The notes: generated from the sequence alone by a model not told the origin. Numbered from the stretch's first letter, positions 1 to 9,598 are shown. The stretch: DNA of 64,000 bases from a virus (IMGVR_UViG_3300020577_009596:1-64000), one strand, 5' to 3'. Numbers and translations: made by a program.

Positions 1-18
1 CGAGGACGACATGAACGG

Positions 19-279
19 TCACAACTTCTCCAAGTCTGCGAGGGCGGCGAGTATGTCGCCGTGACACTGCTTAGGACTACACCAGCATCCGAGAGTCCGT
101 CCTCTCAGCTCTGACAGACTCTCTAGGAGGTCCGGCTGACTCGTAAGCCACGAGCGATACGCATCTAGACACGCCTCTCGGCTGTCGAAGTCCTCGAGCT
201 TGAACGGATTACCCCACTTCGACGGTCTTCCTATGTAGACGTCGTAGGGAGCCTTCTTACAGTGAACAACCGTCGTCAT
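19..279 (-). CDS. DUF4326-family protein
   Basis: VYIGRPSKWGNPF and LRGRTLGCWCSPKQCHGD motifs typical of DUF4326. Confidence 0.85.
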   Translation of the reverse strand: MTTVVHCKKAPYDVYIGRPSKWGNPFKLEDFDSREACLDAYRSWLTSQPDLLESLSELRGRTLGCWCSPKQCHGDILAALADLEKL

Positions 280-1082
280 GACAACTTGACTTGGTTGGAA
301 TCCAGAGCGACGAATGTAGGAGCTAAATCTTCGCCCATGAACTGGTCGATGAGAGCGAGTCCGTCATAGCCGCGACGCTTAAGACCTTCACGAACTGCCG
401 GGATGTATACGAGGTCTTGAATGTTCTCGCCCTCGAATGGCGAATGGCCGGCGATCTCAGGGCAGGAGAACTCGTAGTCGCCTTCGGGGTAGACCTTGAA
501 GTTGATACCTTGGACCCCAGCCTCCCTAGCAATGTCGACCAGCTCTGCGGCTCCCTTCGCGTCGTTGAGACCGAGGTCGAGCGGGTTCTTGATTGAGACG
601 AATCCGCTATACATCCTCGCACCGGGCTGGTCTTCGACGAAAGTATTTGCCGACGACTTCTTTGTCGTGAGGAAGATGGGCGGCTCGTGGTCGTCTTTGT
701 AAGCTCCCCGATATACCTTTGCAGGATTGCCTCGCTTGTCGACGACCTTGGTCCCGGCGAGCCACTCCTGAACCTTTGACTTCTGCTTCGGCTCCCTCAC
801 CCCACCCTCCGGCGGCAGCGGCTTGCCCCGGCTCTCGCCCGACTCGACCGCCCGCCGCTCCTCGGGGCTGGCGTCGACGAGCACCTCCGCCGGGATGAAC
901 TCGCCGCCCTTGTACGTCTTGCCCTTGATCGTCACCCCGCCCTTAGGGGCGTGAGCGTAGAGGGTCGGCGAGACGGGGCGGCCGTACTGGTCCTGGACCT
1001 CAAGGACGGACTGGATCGGGGCGTCCCCGCGGCGGCTGCCGGAGACGAGCGGGGTCGAGAAGATGTCGTCGAGTACGGGCAT
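276..1082 (-). CDS. Polyvalent-protein-type ADP-ribosyltransferase-like (ART-PolyVal) effector with N-terminal HAPKGG tag
   Basis: WLAGTKVVDKRGNPAKVYRG...IFLT...IKNPLD...GYDG pattern; N-terminal AHAPKGG..GGEFIP segment shared with the portal fusion. Confidence 0.6.
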   Translation of the reverse strand: MPVLDDIFSTPLVSGSRRGDAPIQSVLEVQDQYGRPVSPTLYAHAPKGGVTIKGKTYKGGEFIPAEVLVDASPEERRAVESGESRGKPLPPEGGVREPKQKSKVQEWLAGTKVVDKRGNPAKVYRGAYKDDHEPPIFLTTKKSSANTFVEDQPGARMYSGFVSIKNPLDLGLNDAKGAAELVDIAREAGVQGINFKVYPEGDYEFSCPEIAGHSPFEGENIQDLVYIPAVREGLKRRGYDGLALIDQFMGEDLAPTFVALDSNQVKLS

Positions 1083-1096
1083 GAGTAAATCCTACC

Positions 1097-1420
1097 TTAC
1101 AGGGTCGGGACGACCGTCCTGACGACGTACCCGTCCTCGTTCCTCAGTATAGTCCCGTCGGAGGCCCTCACCTCGGCCATCACCAGACGACCGTTCACGA
1201 CGACGGCCTCCTCCGCCCCGGTGCGGCAGTGAGACACACGGTGGCCGTCCCCCTCGCTATGGACGTGGCCGAACCCGCAGAACGCGCACCTCTCAGTCTC
1301 GCTCCGCTCTCCGGGTCTCGTCAAGAGCAGGTAGGCCGTCCCGCCGACGACCTCGTACCGCGGGACTACCGCTCGGCGACGGGCCTCGTGCCTCTTGTCG
1401 AACTTCGCGTCAGTCGTCAT
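1097..1420 (-). CDS. Hypothetical protein, possible Zn-binding (CAFC...H.H...HC)
   Basis: ORF with GGAGG RBS and Cys/His cluster. Confidence 0.55.
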   Translation of the reverse strand: MTTDAKFDKRHEARRRAVVPRYEVVGGTAYLLLTRPGERSETERCAFCGFGHVHSEGDGHRVSHCRTGAEEAVVVNGRLVMAEVRASDGTILRNEDGYVVRTVVPTL

Positions 1421-1518
1421 CTCGAACCTCCGTCTCCTACTATACCGCGAAGCCGGGATAGGCGGGTTAGTCGAGTTTTCTAGGAATAGGGCTATCGCTC
1501 AGTCGCCGCGGTAGCTAA

Positions 1519-1601
1519 GATAGTCGAGTTAGGCGGGTCTCGACGGGGTACCCCCTACCCCTAGCCGGGTGAGTCGGATTAGCCGAGTCTCTACGAGGTA
1601 T
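1519..1601 (+). repeat. Left 83-bp imperfect inverted repeat built of 9-bp TAGNCGRGW units (extra triplet at about 1451-1476)
   Basis: Reverse complement of 2713-2795 matches 21 of the first 22 and 33 of the last 40 nt. Confidence 0.85.
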
Positions 1602-1604
1602 CCC

Positions 1605-2723
1605 ATGCCCCCGATCCGTAAGAAGATCTCCCCCAGCGTCGTAGTCGAAGTCCACCGATTCCTCTCTCGGTACATCGCCCTGAGCGAGACCGAGATCCGT
1701 GTCGCCTCCACCTGGGCTGTCGCAGCTTGGTGCTCTGAAGCGTGGAGCCGGTTCCCCCACCTCGCCGTGACCTCCCCCGAGAAGCGGTGTGGGAAGACCC
1801 GATTCCTCCAGCTCCTCGAGAAGGTCTGTCCTAGGCCCTTCCATACCGCTAGTATCTCACCGGCGGCGATGTACCGGATGATCGAGCAGGAGCGACCGAC
1901 CCTCCTCCTCGACGAGGCCCAGTCGATCAGCCGCCGCGGGTCAGAGTCCTCAGAGGTTCTACGAGAGATCCTCAACGCAGGGATCGACGCCGACTCTGTC
2001 GTCATACGGGTAGGCGGCTCAAACATGGACGAGATCAGAAAGTTCTCCGTCTACAGCCCGAAGGCGATCGCTCTCATCGGGAGTCTCGACGGAGTGCTCG
2101 CCGACCGCTGCCTCCCGATTCACCTCACTCGAAAGACGAAGGACGACAAGGTCGAGTTCTACAACCACCGCGTCGTCATCGAGGAGTCGAAAGGTCTCAA
2201 GGAGAGGCTTGAGAAATGGTCGACCGACAATCTCAAGAAGGTTCAGGAGGAGTACGACCGGACTGAGCCCTTCGAGATCGATAACGACCGCATGGCGGAC
2301 CTCCTCCGCCCCCTCCAGGCGATCCTCGCCGTCACGGAGCCGACTTCGATCGACCTACTGAGAAACTACGCTCAAGTCGCTGAGGAGAAGAACCGCCGGT
2401 CCGAGATGCTGTCTCCAGGGACCTTGGTACTTATCGCCTGTAAGGAGGCGTTCGAGGAGCGGGAGAGGGTCGTCAAGAAGATGGGGAAGCTGGTCGGTAG
2501 CGTCGAGCCCAACTTCCTTCCGACCGACACCCTTATCGAGTACCTCTGTAAGCGGACAGAGGAGCCGTGGTCTCGATGGTCTAAGGGGAACAACATCACC
2601 CCAGAGGCTCTCGCCAACCTCCTTCGCCCCTACGAGGTGAGGTCTGAGAGGAACCGGGATCAGTCGTCTCGGGGTTACTACCGACACCGGTTCGAGACCG
2701 CGTGGAACCGCTATACCCCGTAG
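1605..2723 (+). CDS. DUF3631-family replication-type P-loop NTPase
   Basis: SPEKRCGKT Walker A, LLLDEA Walker B, C-terminal EEPW...LANLLRPYEVRS...RGY...AWNRY; start moved to MPPIRKK (GAGG RBS). Confidence 0.8.
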   Translation: MPPIRKKISPSVVVEVHRFLSRYIALSETEIRVASTWAVAAWCSEAWSRFPHLAVTSPEKRCGKTRFLQLLEKVCPRPFHTASISPAAMYRMIEQERPTLLLDEAQSISRRGSESSEVLREILNAGIDADSVVIRVGGSNMDEIRKFSVYSPKAIALIGSLDGVLADRCLPIHLTRKTKDDKVEFYNHRVVIEESKGLKERLEKWSTDNLKKVQEEYDRTEPFEIDNDRMADLLRPLQAILAVTEPTSIDLLRNYAQVAEEKNRRSEMLSPGTLVLIACKEAFEERERVVKKMGKLVGSVEPNFLPTDTLIEYLCKRTEEPWSRWSKGNNITPEALANLLRPYEVRSERNRDQSSRGYYRHRFETAWNRYTP

Positions 2724-2795
2724 AGACTCGCCTATCCCAACTAACCCAGCTATCCGGGCGGGCGTACCCCTATAGACCCGCCTATCTCGACTATC
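2713..2795 (-). repeat. Right 83-bp imperfect inverted repeat (iteron-like 9-bp units)
   Basis: Mirror of 1519-1601; overlaps the last codons of the DUF3631 gene. Confidence 0.85.
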
Positions 2796-2807
2796 CCGGT
2801 TTCCCGG

Positions 2808-5800
2808 CTACTCCGCCAGCCCTATCCTCTTGAAGTAAGCGTAGCACCGGGGGAACTGACTCCGGAACGTCTCCATCCCGCCCTCGGTCCCGTACGCCAA
2901 CCTGCAAGCCTCCGCGAACCCCTCGACCTCGTCGGTGCGGGCGTAGTTGCTCAGCTGCCCCCGACCCATCTCCGCCCGCCACGCCTGGACGAACTCCGGG
3001 TCGCCACTCAGCTGGAAGTGCTTGCGATCGTCCGACTGGTCGAGAGCGTGACCGACCTCGTGAGCCAGGACGCCCCTCTGGTCCACGCTCGGACCGCCCG
3101 GCCCGGTCACCAGCTCGCCCGTCGCCGGGTCGTAGAAGCCGTAGCAGGTAGTCCACCGGTCCCTCGGCGGCGGGCTCGCCTCCCCGGCGTACCAGGCCTC
3201 CGTCACGGCCTCGGCGGTTGGAGCCTCTGTCAGCTTGGTCACCCGGCCGCTCAGACGCTCGTAGGCGGTCCGGGGGAGCCGCGAGAGGACCGAGGCAGTG
3301 ACGGGCGAGATCGGGTTGGGCGGGGCGAGAGAGGGCTCCTCGGACGGCTCGCTCTGGGTTGCGGGCCTTGATCCGACCATCAGCGGCTCCAAAGCCGGTC
3401 CGAACTCTTTCTGACCGTCGACGTAGGCGAGGAACGCCTCAGACAGGAACTCACCGTAGCTGGTCTTGGCATATCGACCCAACTTGTCGGCTAGATCGGC
3501 GTACTCCTCGGGGACCGGTCCGGCCAGTTCCTTGTTCGTAAGACCGGCGCGGTGCTGTAGAACGTGACCGAACTCGTGAATGATCGTGCTCTCGATCGGG
3601 TCTATGCCGGTCTTCGAGTGCCAGCCGGTCCTGTCCTTGAGAGTCTCGAACTTCTCCTTGGGGAGACCGAAGTGAACTCCCTTGCCGTCAGTCCGGAGAG
3701 CGATCGTGTCACCTTTGTCGATCACTACGAACTTGGGGTCCTTGCCGAGAGTGATCTGGAAGACCTTCTCGCCCTTCGCTTTGAGGTCCTTGGCCTCCTC
3801 CGCCGACACTTGCCGCTTGATTCCGGTCGTCGTCGAGGCCGTGTTAGTCCCTCCGGACTGCCAGACGACCTTGATCGAAGCCGGGTCAATATTGAATCGA
3901 CGGCAGAGATCGTTCAAAGTTCGTTCAACGACCGGAGCGACGGTCTTGTGGACTCGATCGGGAATCTTGACTGAGGTCTTCTCAGAAGCAGGCTCCCCTT
4001 CGACCCTCGCCCTCTCCTCCGGCGTCGCCCGGTCCATCACGTCCGACGGGATGAACTGCCCGCCCGTGAACTGCTTGCCGGCGACGGAGACTCCCCCCTT
4101 CGGAGCGTGAGCCGCGGCGTACTGGGTCTGCGGGACCGTCCCCGGTCCGGTCAGCCGGAGATAGGACTTCGCCTTCTCCGAGTCCGAGTACTCCAGCTCG
4201 TCCACGACCACCCTCAGGTCGAGCGGGGCCAGCAGCTTCGTATACTTTCGTCCCTCGCCCGCCCGCACATACGCCAACGTCGCGTGCGGCTCGTACTCGG
4301 AGTGCGTCGCCGTGTTCGGCAGCCCGCCCAGGATCGAGTTCATCGCCCGGATCTGGGGGCTCGTGACGTCCACCTTCACGACGTCGTAGTCCTTGCCCGA
4401 GTCCTCCCCGTAGAAGCAGCTGACCCCGCCCAGCGTCAGCTCGAACGGACCCTTCCCCCTCAGGGCCTGCTGTACATCGCCCATCGTCACCCCGCCGTGA
4501 AACCCGTAGCGGACTGTGACGTGGGGCTTCTCCTCCCGGCCGTCGTCGGCGAGGTCGCAGTCCCGGACGAGGGCGGCCCGACTCAGCAGCTCGATCGCCG
4601 CCTGACCCTGCAGCGGGACCATGACGCAGCCCAGCTTCTCGCCGTACCGGGTCGGGTCCTGGCCCCGGCTCAGCCTCGTGAACCCGATCTCGGTCTTGTC
4701 GAACTCGGGCAGGTAGGTGTTCGACCCGCCGGGGAAGTACGGGGCGGTTGCGGCTGGAGCGGGGGCCGCGTCGTACTGCTGTGCGGAGTTCTGGGTCGAG
4801 ATCTTTGCGGGGAAGTTCTTCAACGGCTCGGTCAGGGTCGAGTCTGCTGGCGAGAACTCACCGACGTACAGAGCCTTCTCGAAAGCCTGCTGAGCCGGTC
4901 GTTGAGGGAGGTTCTTGTAATCGCCTATCCCGTACTTGAACGGCGTCGGGTCGATGATGTCGCCATCCTCGGTCTCGACCCAGGCGTGAGGAGTCGGGCT
5001 CGCTCTCTTGCTCTCGTCGAACCACTTGTCGCCCGCCGGCTTGCCGTACAAGTTACCTACGACGTACTTCACTGACTCGCCAGCGGCCTTTCTCGTGAGA
5101 TACTCCCTCCGAGCGTTCTCATAGCACTCGTTCGGCAGACCGTCCTTGACGACGGGCTCCGTCAGCCTCTCGACGTCGTTCTCACTCCACTCCTCGACGG
5201 GCTTGTTGCCGTCAGTAGATTTAATTCGACCAGTCTTCGGTCCCTGCGATAGAGGTGAGGAGCCTCCTCCCTGTCCACTTCTGGTGAACTGACCGCCGCC
5301 GGGTCCCGAGCCCTTGTGCTCGTGGCCGCTCGCGTCCGTGACGTAGGGGACCGGCTGGCGTCCAGACGAGTTCTGGGTCGGTTGGGACTGCGACGACGGT
5401 TGCTTGACGACCTGCAGGACGACGTGCAGGACGTCGCCTCGCTGCTCGCTCCTGACCTTCTTGAACGTCGTGTCGCGAGCCAGTATGACCTCGTTACCCC
5501 TCTCTCCGTACGAGGTCGCCATCGTCCCCTCAGGGGCGAGGATCTCGATGGACGCCCGCGGACCGCTCGTCTTCTTGAAGTACCTGTCGTTGTCCTTGGC
5601 CGACGGCGAGACCGACGTGAACGCCGGGTCCGTGAACTCAAACCCGTCGGGTGCGTTCCTCAGAGACTCGATGAACTTGCCGCCGTCTGCCCCGTCCACG
5701 CCCTTGGACACCAAGGCGCGATGGAACTTACAGTTCGACGGGACGGGCCGCATGCAGGCGTCGAGCGACTCAACGACCCTGGCGTAGTACGGGTCGACCT

Positions 5801-7898
5801 TGCCGGACCTCAGTCCGGCATTCACCTCGCGTCCGTCCCTGTTGTACTTGCCGAGGTCGCTCGCCAGCTCGGCCTTCCTGACCAGCTCTGGGGGAGGGGG
5901 CTGCCAGCCGGGGGTCCAGCTCGGGTTGTGCACCCTCGGGAACTCCTCGTCGGTCAGTCGCGGTCCCGCGATCGACCCCAAGATCTCGGACGAGGACAGC
6001 TCCCGGTAGTCGCCGTCGTCGGTCTCTCGGCCGCCCGACGCCTCGTCGCCGGACCGAGCCTCGCGAGGGGCCGTCGGCTTGGGTCCGACCAAGTCGCCCG
6101 TCGACGAGGAGCCACTTTCGGGCGACTTGGTCGGGACGACCCTGCCGCTCTTGAGCTTGAACCACTTCCCAGACGGCCCCTGCCAGACCTCACCCTCCCG
6201 TCGCTGGCCGTAGGCGACCGGCTGCCGCGAGTTGAACGATGGCCCGAACCCGCTCGGAGACTGCGGCGAGGGCTGACCGACGGGAGGCCCGAACCCTCCG
6301 TCCGGACCAACCCGCGTCGGCTGGGCCTGCTGAGGCGCGGGCTGACCGGGCTGGGGCGTCCCCGGAGGGCCTCCCGGCGTCGGGGGAGCCCCTGGACCGC
6401 CCATCCCCATCGGTCCGGCGTTCGGGTCGGGCGGCGGCTGGACGACGTCGTCGCCCTCCTCGGGTCGCGAGTAGCCTGCGGCCTCCCGCAGCTCGTCGAC
6501 CTTGATCGGCACCTTGAGCTCGACCATCGTCTTGCCGCTGGCGACCTTCTTCTCGGCCTCGAGGTCAGGCAGCACGCTCTTGAACCGCACCGGGAACCGA
6601 GCCCACTTGAAGTTGTACTGCTTCAGGGGCTTGATCAGGTCGCGAGTGAGCACCTCGTCCAGGCGGTTGGTGTCGTAGACGAGGATCTCGTCCTTCGTCG
6701 CCTTCGCGAAGTTGGCCCGGCCCGAGCCGCCCAGCCCCGAGTCGTTGTCCGCGCCGGCACTCATGCTCTGGCCGACGATCAGCCGCTCGATGTGGCGGTC
6801 GAAGTACTCGCTGATGAGGTCGTGCAGGGCCTTGAGCCCCGCGTCGTTCATGCTCAGCTGCTCGACCGCGTTCCAGTTGCCCGCCGGGTTCCGGGGCACG
6901 ACGAACGCGGCCTTGCCGATGATCTTGTTGGCGTTGGCCTCCTGCTGCCTCTTGGCCTGGTCGTTCCCCCACGGGAAGTTGAAGATCATCATGTCCATCT
7001 GGCCGACGGACTGCATGTACGCGAGCATCCACGTCAGGGCGTCGGTGCGGATCAGGTAGTGCCAGTAGACGAGCCCGCGGAGGCCGAGGCCCTGGACCGA
7101 CCCGGCCAGCTCGCCCTCGAAGTAGTCCGCCTTCTCACGGATGTGCTGGTGGATCGCGAACCGGTTCCGCCACGTCGGCCGCTGCAGGACGAGGGCCATG
7201 CCGCCGCGGTCGGTCGAGCGGATGTCGCCCCACTGGCCTTGGGTCGCCCCGTTGGACGAGTACCAGCCCGCGGTCATGGCGTCCATGAGGATCGCCGGGA
7301 CGCCGTCGAAGGTGAACTGGATCGAGTCGCCGTGGACCGGGTCCCACCGCCGCAGGCTCCACAGGTCGTTCACGTCCGGGTTCCGCCAGTAGTTCCACTG
7401 GGTCCCGGCCCGGCCGAACCACACGCCGTCGAGGAGTGCTCGCTTGTAGGCGTCGAAGTCGGGGATCGCCTCCACGACCTTCGTCAGGGCGTCCCGCACG
7501 GCCCGCTGGTTGGGGTCGCGGTCGTCGTCCACGTCCAGCTGCCACCGGCGGTTGATCGTCGGGAGGATCCGCTCCTCGAGGAGACCCCGGATGAACGCGT
7601 CGCGACGCATCGCGCGGGCCTTGACCCACGAGTCCCGCATCGCCTCGTCGAACCGGTAGCTGTACGTCCGCGTCGCCGCGTTCAGCACCATGCTGAACTC
7701 TCGGGCGGGCGGGACGAGGTAGCCGTCTGGTCCTGTAAGAGGACTCCCATCTGGGAGCCGAAAGTCCTCGACCTTGAGGTTCTGGTTCGGCGGGACGACC
7801 TTGAACGCGGGCAGGTCCGGCATCGCCCGACCCCCGACCTGGACGGAGGAGGACGAGGAGACGCCGGACGAGCCGGAGGGGATGAACGGGAGCGGCAT
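2808..7898 (-). CDS. Portal protein (DUF935/Mu gp29-like) fused to ART, Cys-protease-like, 2H phosphoesterase and two zincin domains
   Basis: N-terminal ~490 aa portal-like (GLGLRGLVYW...LIVGQSMS...LTRDLIKPL); ART FHRA..FTSVS..NEVIL; C-H-D (ECYENA/PHAWV/IIDPT); HVT and HAT 2H motifs; HEFGH and HEVGH. Confidence 0.75.
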   Translation of the reverse strand: MPLPFIPSGSSGVSSSSSVQVGGRAMPDLPAFKVVPPNQNLKVEDFRLPDGSPLTGPDGYLVPPAREFSMVLNAATRTYSYRFDEAMRDSWVKARAMRRDAFIRGLLEERILPTINRRWQLDVDDDRDPNQRAVRDALTKVVEAIPDFDAYKRALLDGVWFGRAGTQWNYWRNPDVNDLWSLRRWDPVHGDSIQFTFDGVPAILMDAMTAGWYSSNGATQGQWGDIRSTDRGGMALVLQRPTWRNRFAIHQHIREKADYFEGELAGSVQGLGLRGLVYWHYLIRTDALTWMLAYMQSVGQMDMMIFNFPWGNDQAKRQQEANANKIIGKAAFVVPRNPAGNWNAVEQLSMNDAGLKALHDLISEYFDRHIERLIVGQSMSAGADNDSGLGGSGRANFAKATKDEILVYDTNRLDEVLTRDLIKPLKQYNFKWARFPVRFKSVLPDLEAEKKVASGKTMVELKVPIKVDELREAAGYSRPEEGDDVVQPPPDPNAGPMGMGGPGAPPTPGGPPGTPQPGQPAPQQAQPTRVGPDGGFGPPVGQPSPQSPSGFGPSFNSRQPVAYGQRREGEVWQGPSGKWFKLKSGRVVPTKSPESGSSSTGDLVGPKPTAPREARSGDEASGGRETDDGDYRELSSSEILGSIAGPRLTDEEFPRVHNPSWTPGWQPPPPELVRKAELASDLGKYNRDGREVNAGLRSGKVDPYYARVVESLDACMRPVPSNCKFHRALVSKGVDGADGGKFIESLRNAPDGFEFTDPAFTSVSPSAKDNDRYFKKTSGPRASIEILAPEGTMATSYGERGNEVILARDTTFKKVRSEQRGDVLHVVLQVVKQPSSQSQPTQNSSGRQPVPYVTDASGHEHKGSGPGGGQFTRSGQGGGSSPLSQGPKTGRIKSTDGNKPVEEWSENDVERLTEPVVKDGLPNECYENARREYLTRKAAGESVKYVVGNLYGKPAGDKWFDESKRASPTPHAWVETEDGDIIDPTPFKYGIGDYKNLPQRPAQQAFEKALYVGEFSPADSTLTEPLKNFPAKISTQNSAQQYDAAPAPAATAPYFPGGSNTYLPEFDKTEIGFTRLSRGQDPTRYGEKLGCVMVPLQGQAAIELLSRAALVRDCDLADDGREEKPHVTVRYGFHGGVTMGDVQQALRGKGPFELTLGGVSCFYGEDSGKDYDVVKVDVTSPQIRAMNSILGGLPNTATHSEYEPHATLAYVRAGEGRKYTKLLAPLDLRVVVDELEYSDSEKAKSYLRLTGPGTVPQTQYAAAHAPKGGVSVAGKQFTGGQFIPSDVMDRATPEERARVEGEPASEKTSVKIPDRVHKTVAPVVERTLNDLCRRFNIDPASIKVVWQSGGTNTASTTTGIKRQVSAEEAKDLKAKGEKVFQITLGKDPKFVVIDKGDTIALRTDGKGVHFGLPKEKFETLKDRTGWHSKTGIDPIESTIIHEFGHVLQHRAGLTNKELAGPVPEEYADLADKLGRYAKTSYGEFLSEAFLAYVDGQKEFGPALEPLMVGSRPATQSEPSEEPSLAPPNPISPVTASVLSRLPRTAYERLSGRVTKLTEAPTAEAVTEAWYAGEASPPPRDRWTTCYGFYDPATGELVTGPGGPSVDQRGVLAHEVGHALDQSDDRKHFQLSGDPEFVQAWRAEMGRGQLSNYARTDEVEGFAEACRLAYGTEGGMETFRSQFPRCYAYFKRIGLAE

Positions 7899-7942
7899 CG
7901 CGGTGCCCGGACGAGGAGCACCCTGGCATCAGACGGACTGAC

Positions 7943-8173
7943 TTACTTCTTCTTATTGGTCTCGGTCGGCTTCGACTCCTCGAGGCCCTTCAGGTGGGCG
8001 ACGACGGCTCGGAACAGGTCCGAAGCCCGGCCGAAGAAGAACACGGGGTTGGGGTGCCCCTGGAAGGCGTTGCGGCCGTTCTTGGCCATGGCCTCCTGGG
8101 CCATCCCGTCGGCCATCTCCTCGCACTGTTGGCGGAGGACGGCGGGGTCGGTGAGGTCGGGTCGCTCGTTCAA
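7943..8173 (-). CDS. Hypothetical protein
   Basis: ORF in a coupled minus-strand gene chain. Confidence 0.55.
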   Translation of the reverse strand: MNERPDLTDPAVLRQQCEEMADGMAQEAMAKNGRNAFQGHPNPVFFFGRASDLFRAVVAHLKGLEESKPTETNKKK

Positions 8174-8358
8174 CGGTCTTCTCCCTGAGGTTCATTCAGA
8201 CCGAGCCAGATCTTCTCGTTCTCGGTCAGGGGCTTGACTCCGACGCCGCTCCTCGCGTCTTTACGACGACTGAGGAACGACGAGAAGATTCTCAACTCGT
8301 CCCGATCTGACTCGGGGAGTTTCTTCTCTTCCATCAGCTTCTCGAGTTCAATACTCAT
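8170..8358 (-). CDS. Hypothetical protein
   Basis: Overlapping stop/start with neighbour. Confidence 0.5.
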   Translation of the reverse strand: MSIELEKLMEEKKLPESDRDELRIFSSFLSRRKDARSGVGVKPLTENEKIWLGLNEPQGEDR

Positions 8359-8367
8359 ACAGCGTAC

Positions 8368-8562
8368 TCACTCGTCTCGGGCACCAGCGACGAACTGGAG
8401 GCAATTGCCGCTGTTCAAGAGGGCGTTGACGATCTCCGTCGCCAGCTTGGGCGACAGGGTCGTCGGCTCGTTCTGGCGGTCGCCCGCGATCGTCGGGTCG
8501 CACAGCTTCCGCGCGAGCTCGATGTCGATCTGGGCCTGGCGTCCGATCTCTTCCTTCGTCAC
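8368..8562 (-). CDS. Hypothetical protein
   Basis: GTGA overlap with upstream gene. Confidence 0.5.
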   Translation of the reverse strand: MTKEEIGRQAQIDIELARKLCDPTIAGDRQNEPTTLSPKLATEIVNALLNSGNCLQFVAGARDE

Positions 8563-8939
8563 AGCTCGATCCCCTGGGCCTTGATGAAGTCCACGAACGC
8601 TCGCTCGGCATTCGACCCCGGCGTGAGCTCCTCGGCGACCTTGGCCAGCCCCTCGACCTGCTCCGCCTGTCGCCTATATCCTACGGCCTTCTCCCTCAGC
8701 CGAGCCGCGACGGTCTTGACCCCGCACTCGACGACGAGGTCGGAGGGCTTCTCGGCCACGACCTCCTCCTGAGGGTGGCACCGCGGGCACGGCACCGCCT
8801 TGACGAAGTCCGTCATGGGGTCCGGTCCGGCCCTCGGCCGGTTCTCCCAATCCTCCCACGCGGGCTTGGGGAACTGCGGGAGGTCAGCCACTCGGCCGCA
8901 CCCCTTGCACTGCGGGCAGTCCGGATCAGTCGGCATCAC
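8559..8939 (-). CDS. Zn-finger protein (CPQCKGCG...CPRC)
   Basis: DnaJ-type CxxCxGxG motif. Confidence 0.6.
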   Translation of the reverse strand: MMPTDPDCPQCKGCGRVADLPQFPKPAWEDWENRPRAGPDPMTDFVKAVPCPRCHPQEEVVAEKPSDLVVECGVKTVAARLREKAVGYRRQAEQVEGLAKVAEELTPGSNAERAFVDFIKAQGIEL

Positions 8940-8985
8940 AGCCTCGAGAGTCGTTGGTAGGCACGGACTTATCGTGAATCACTTC
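8936..8985 (-). pseudogene. Stranded original 3' end of gene 9602..10069 (EVIHDKSVP/YQRLSRL*, 1-nt deletion)
   Basis: Translates to a near-duplicate of the current C-terminus EVVLNKSVPYQRLSRL*. Confidence 0.85.
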
Positions 8986-9503
8986 AAATGCTTCCAGGTG
9001 GTGCGATTGAGTACAGCTGTAATAGCTCCGTACTTCACTCCAAACTTGTCAGCGAGATCGTATCGAGTCATGTCGCCTCGATAGTTTCGTATGAACTTGA
9101 CGTCCTCGTCAGTCAGTTTGGCGTTGCGGTGCCTCTCTCCTCTCGCCGACCTGTCTTTTGACTTCATGTCGTCGAAATTGTCTTGATGAGTTCCTAAGAA
9201 CAGATGGCCAGGGTTGACACATTCGCGGTTATCGCACTTGTGACAGACGACCAAGTTGTCTGGAAGATCGCCGCGATGATAACGGTACGACCATCTGTGA
9301 GCCTTCCAAGGTTTACCGGCGTCGCTTATGATTCCGTAGCCCCACTGCTTCACTCCAGTCCAGACCCAGCATCTCGTACCGAGAATCTGATGAATCGGTC
9401 CGTTCTTCTCGACGTGACTCCAAAACCGATGCTCGGCGGAGGTCCAGCGACTCTTAGTTACCTTGATGACTCCGCTCTTGACGAGCGTATACACGTCAGA
9501 CAT
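8979..9503 (-). CDS. HNH homing endonuclease (HNH_3 plus C-terminal HTH)
   Basis: RFWS..CWVWTG..YG..KAHR..VCHKCDNRECVNPGHLFLGT..DN. Confidence 0.9.
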   Translation of the reverse strand: MSDVYTLVKSGVIKVTKSRWTSAEHRFWSHVEKNGPIHQILGTRCWVWTGVKQWGYGIISDAGKPWKAHRWSYRYHRGDLPDNLVVCHKCDNRECVNPGHLFLGTHQDNFDDMKSKDRSARGERHRNAKLTDEDVKFIRNYRGDMTRYDLADKFGVKYGAITAVLNRTTWKHLK

Positions 9504-9598
9504 CAGTCGTCTCCCATAACGACTTCCCTGAGAGGTAGGCTGAGGACAGAACAGCAGGGAATACTGTCTCTTCGGTAGCGAGCCTAGTCCTCAACCTA
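9504..9598 (-). ncRNA. Candidate cis-regulatory three-way-junction RNA plus RBS-occluding hairpin (copy 1)
   Basis: P1 UAGGUUGAGGAC/GUCCUCAGCCUA, UA-P2-GAA-GA-P3-CU junction; same architecture at 52146-52205 and 58083-58126. Confidence 0.6.

Noticed and set aside
5316-8237. 973-aa plus-strand ORF, and similar long ORFs at 40083..42053, 52487..54091, 54484..55794 and 26874..28313
   Set aside because: Antisense shadows of GC-rich minus-strand genes; no motifs and R/G/V/L-biased composition.
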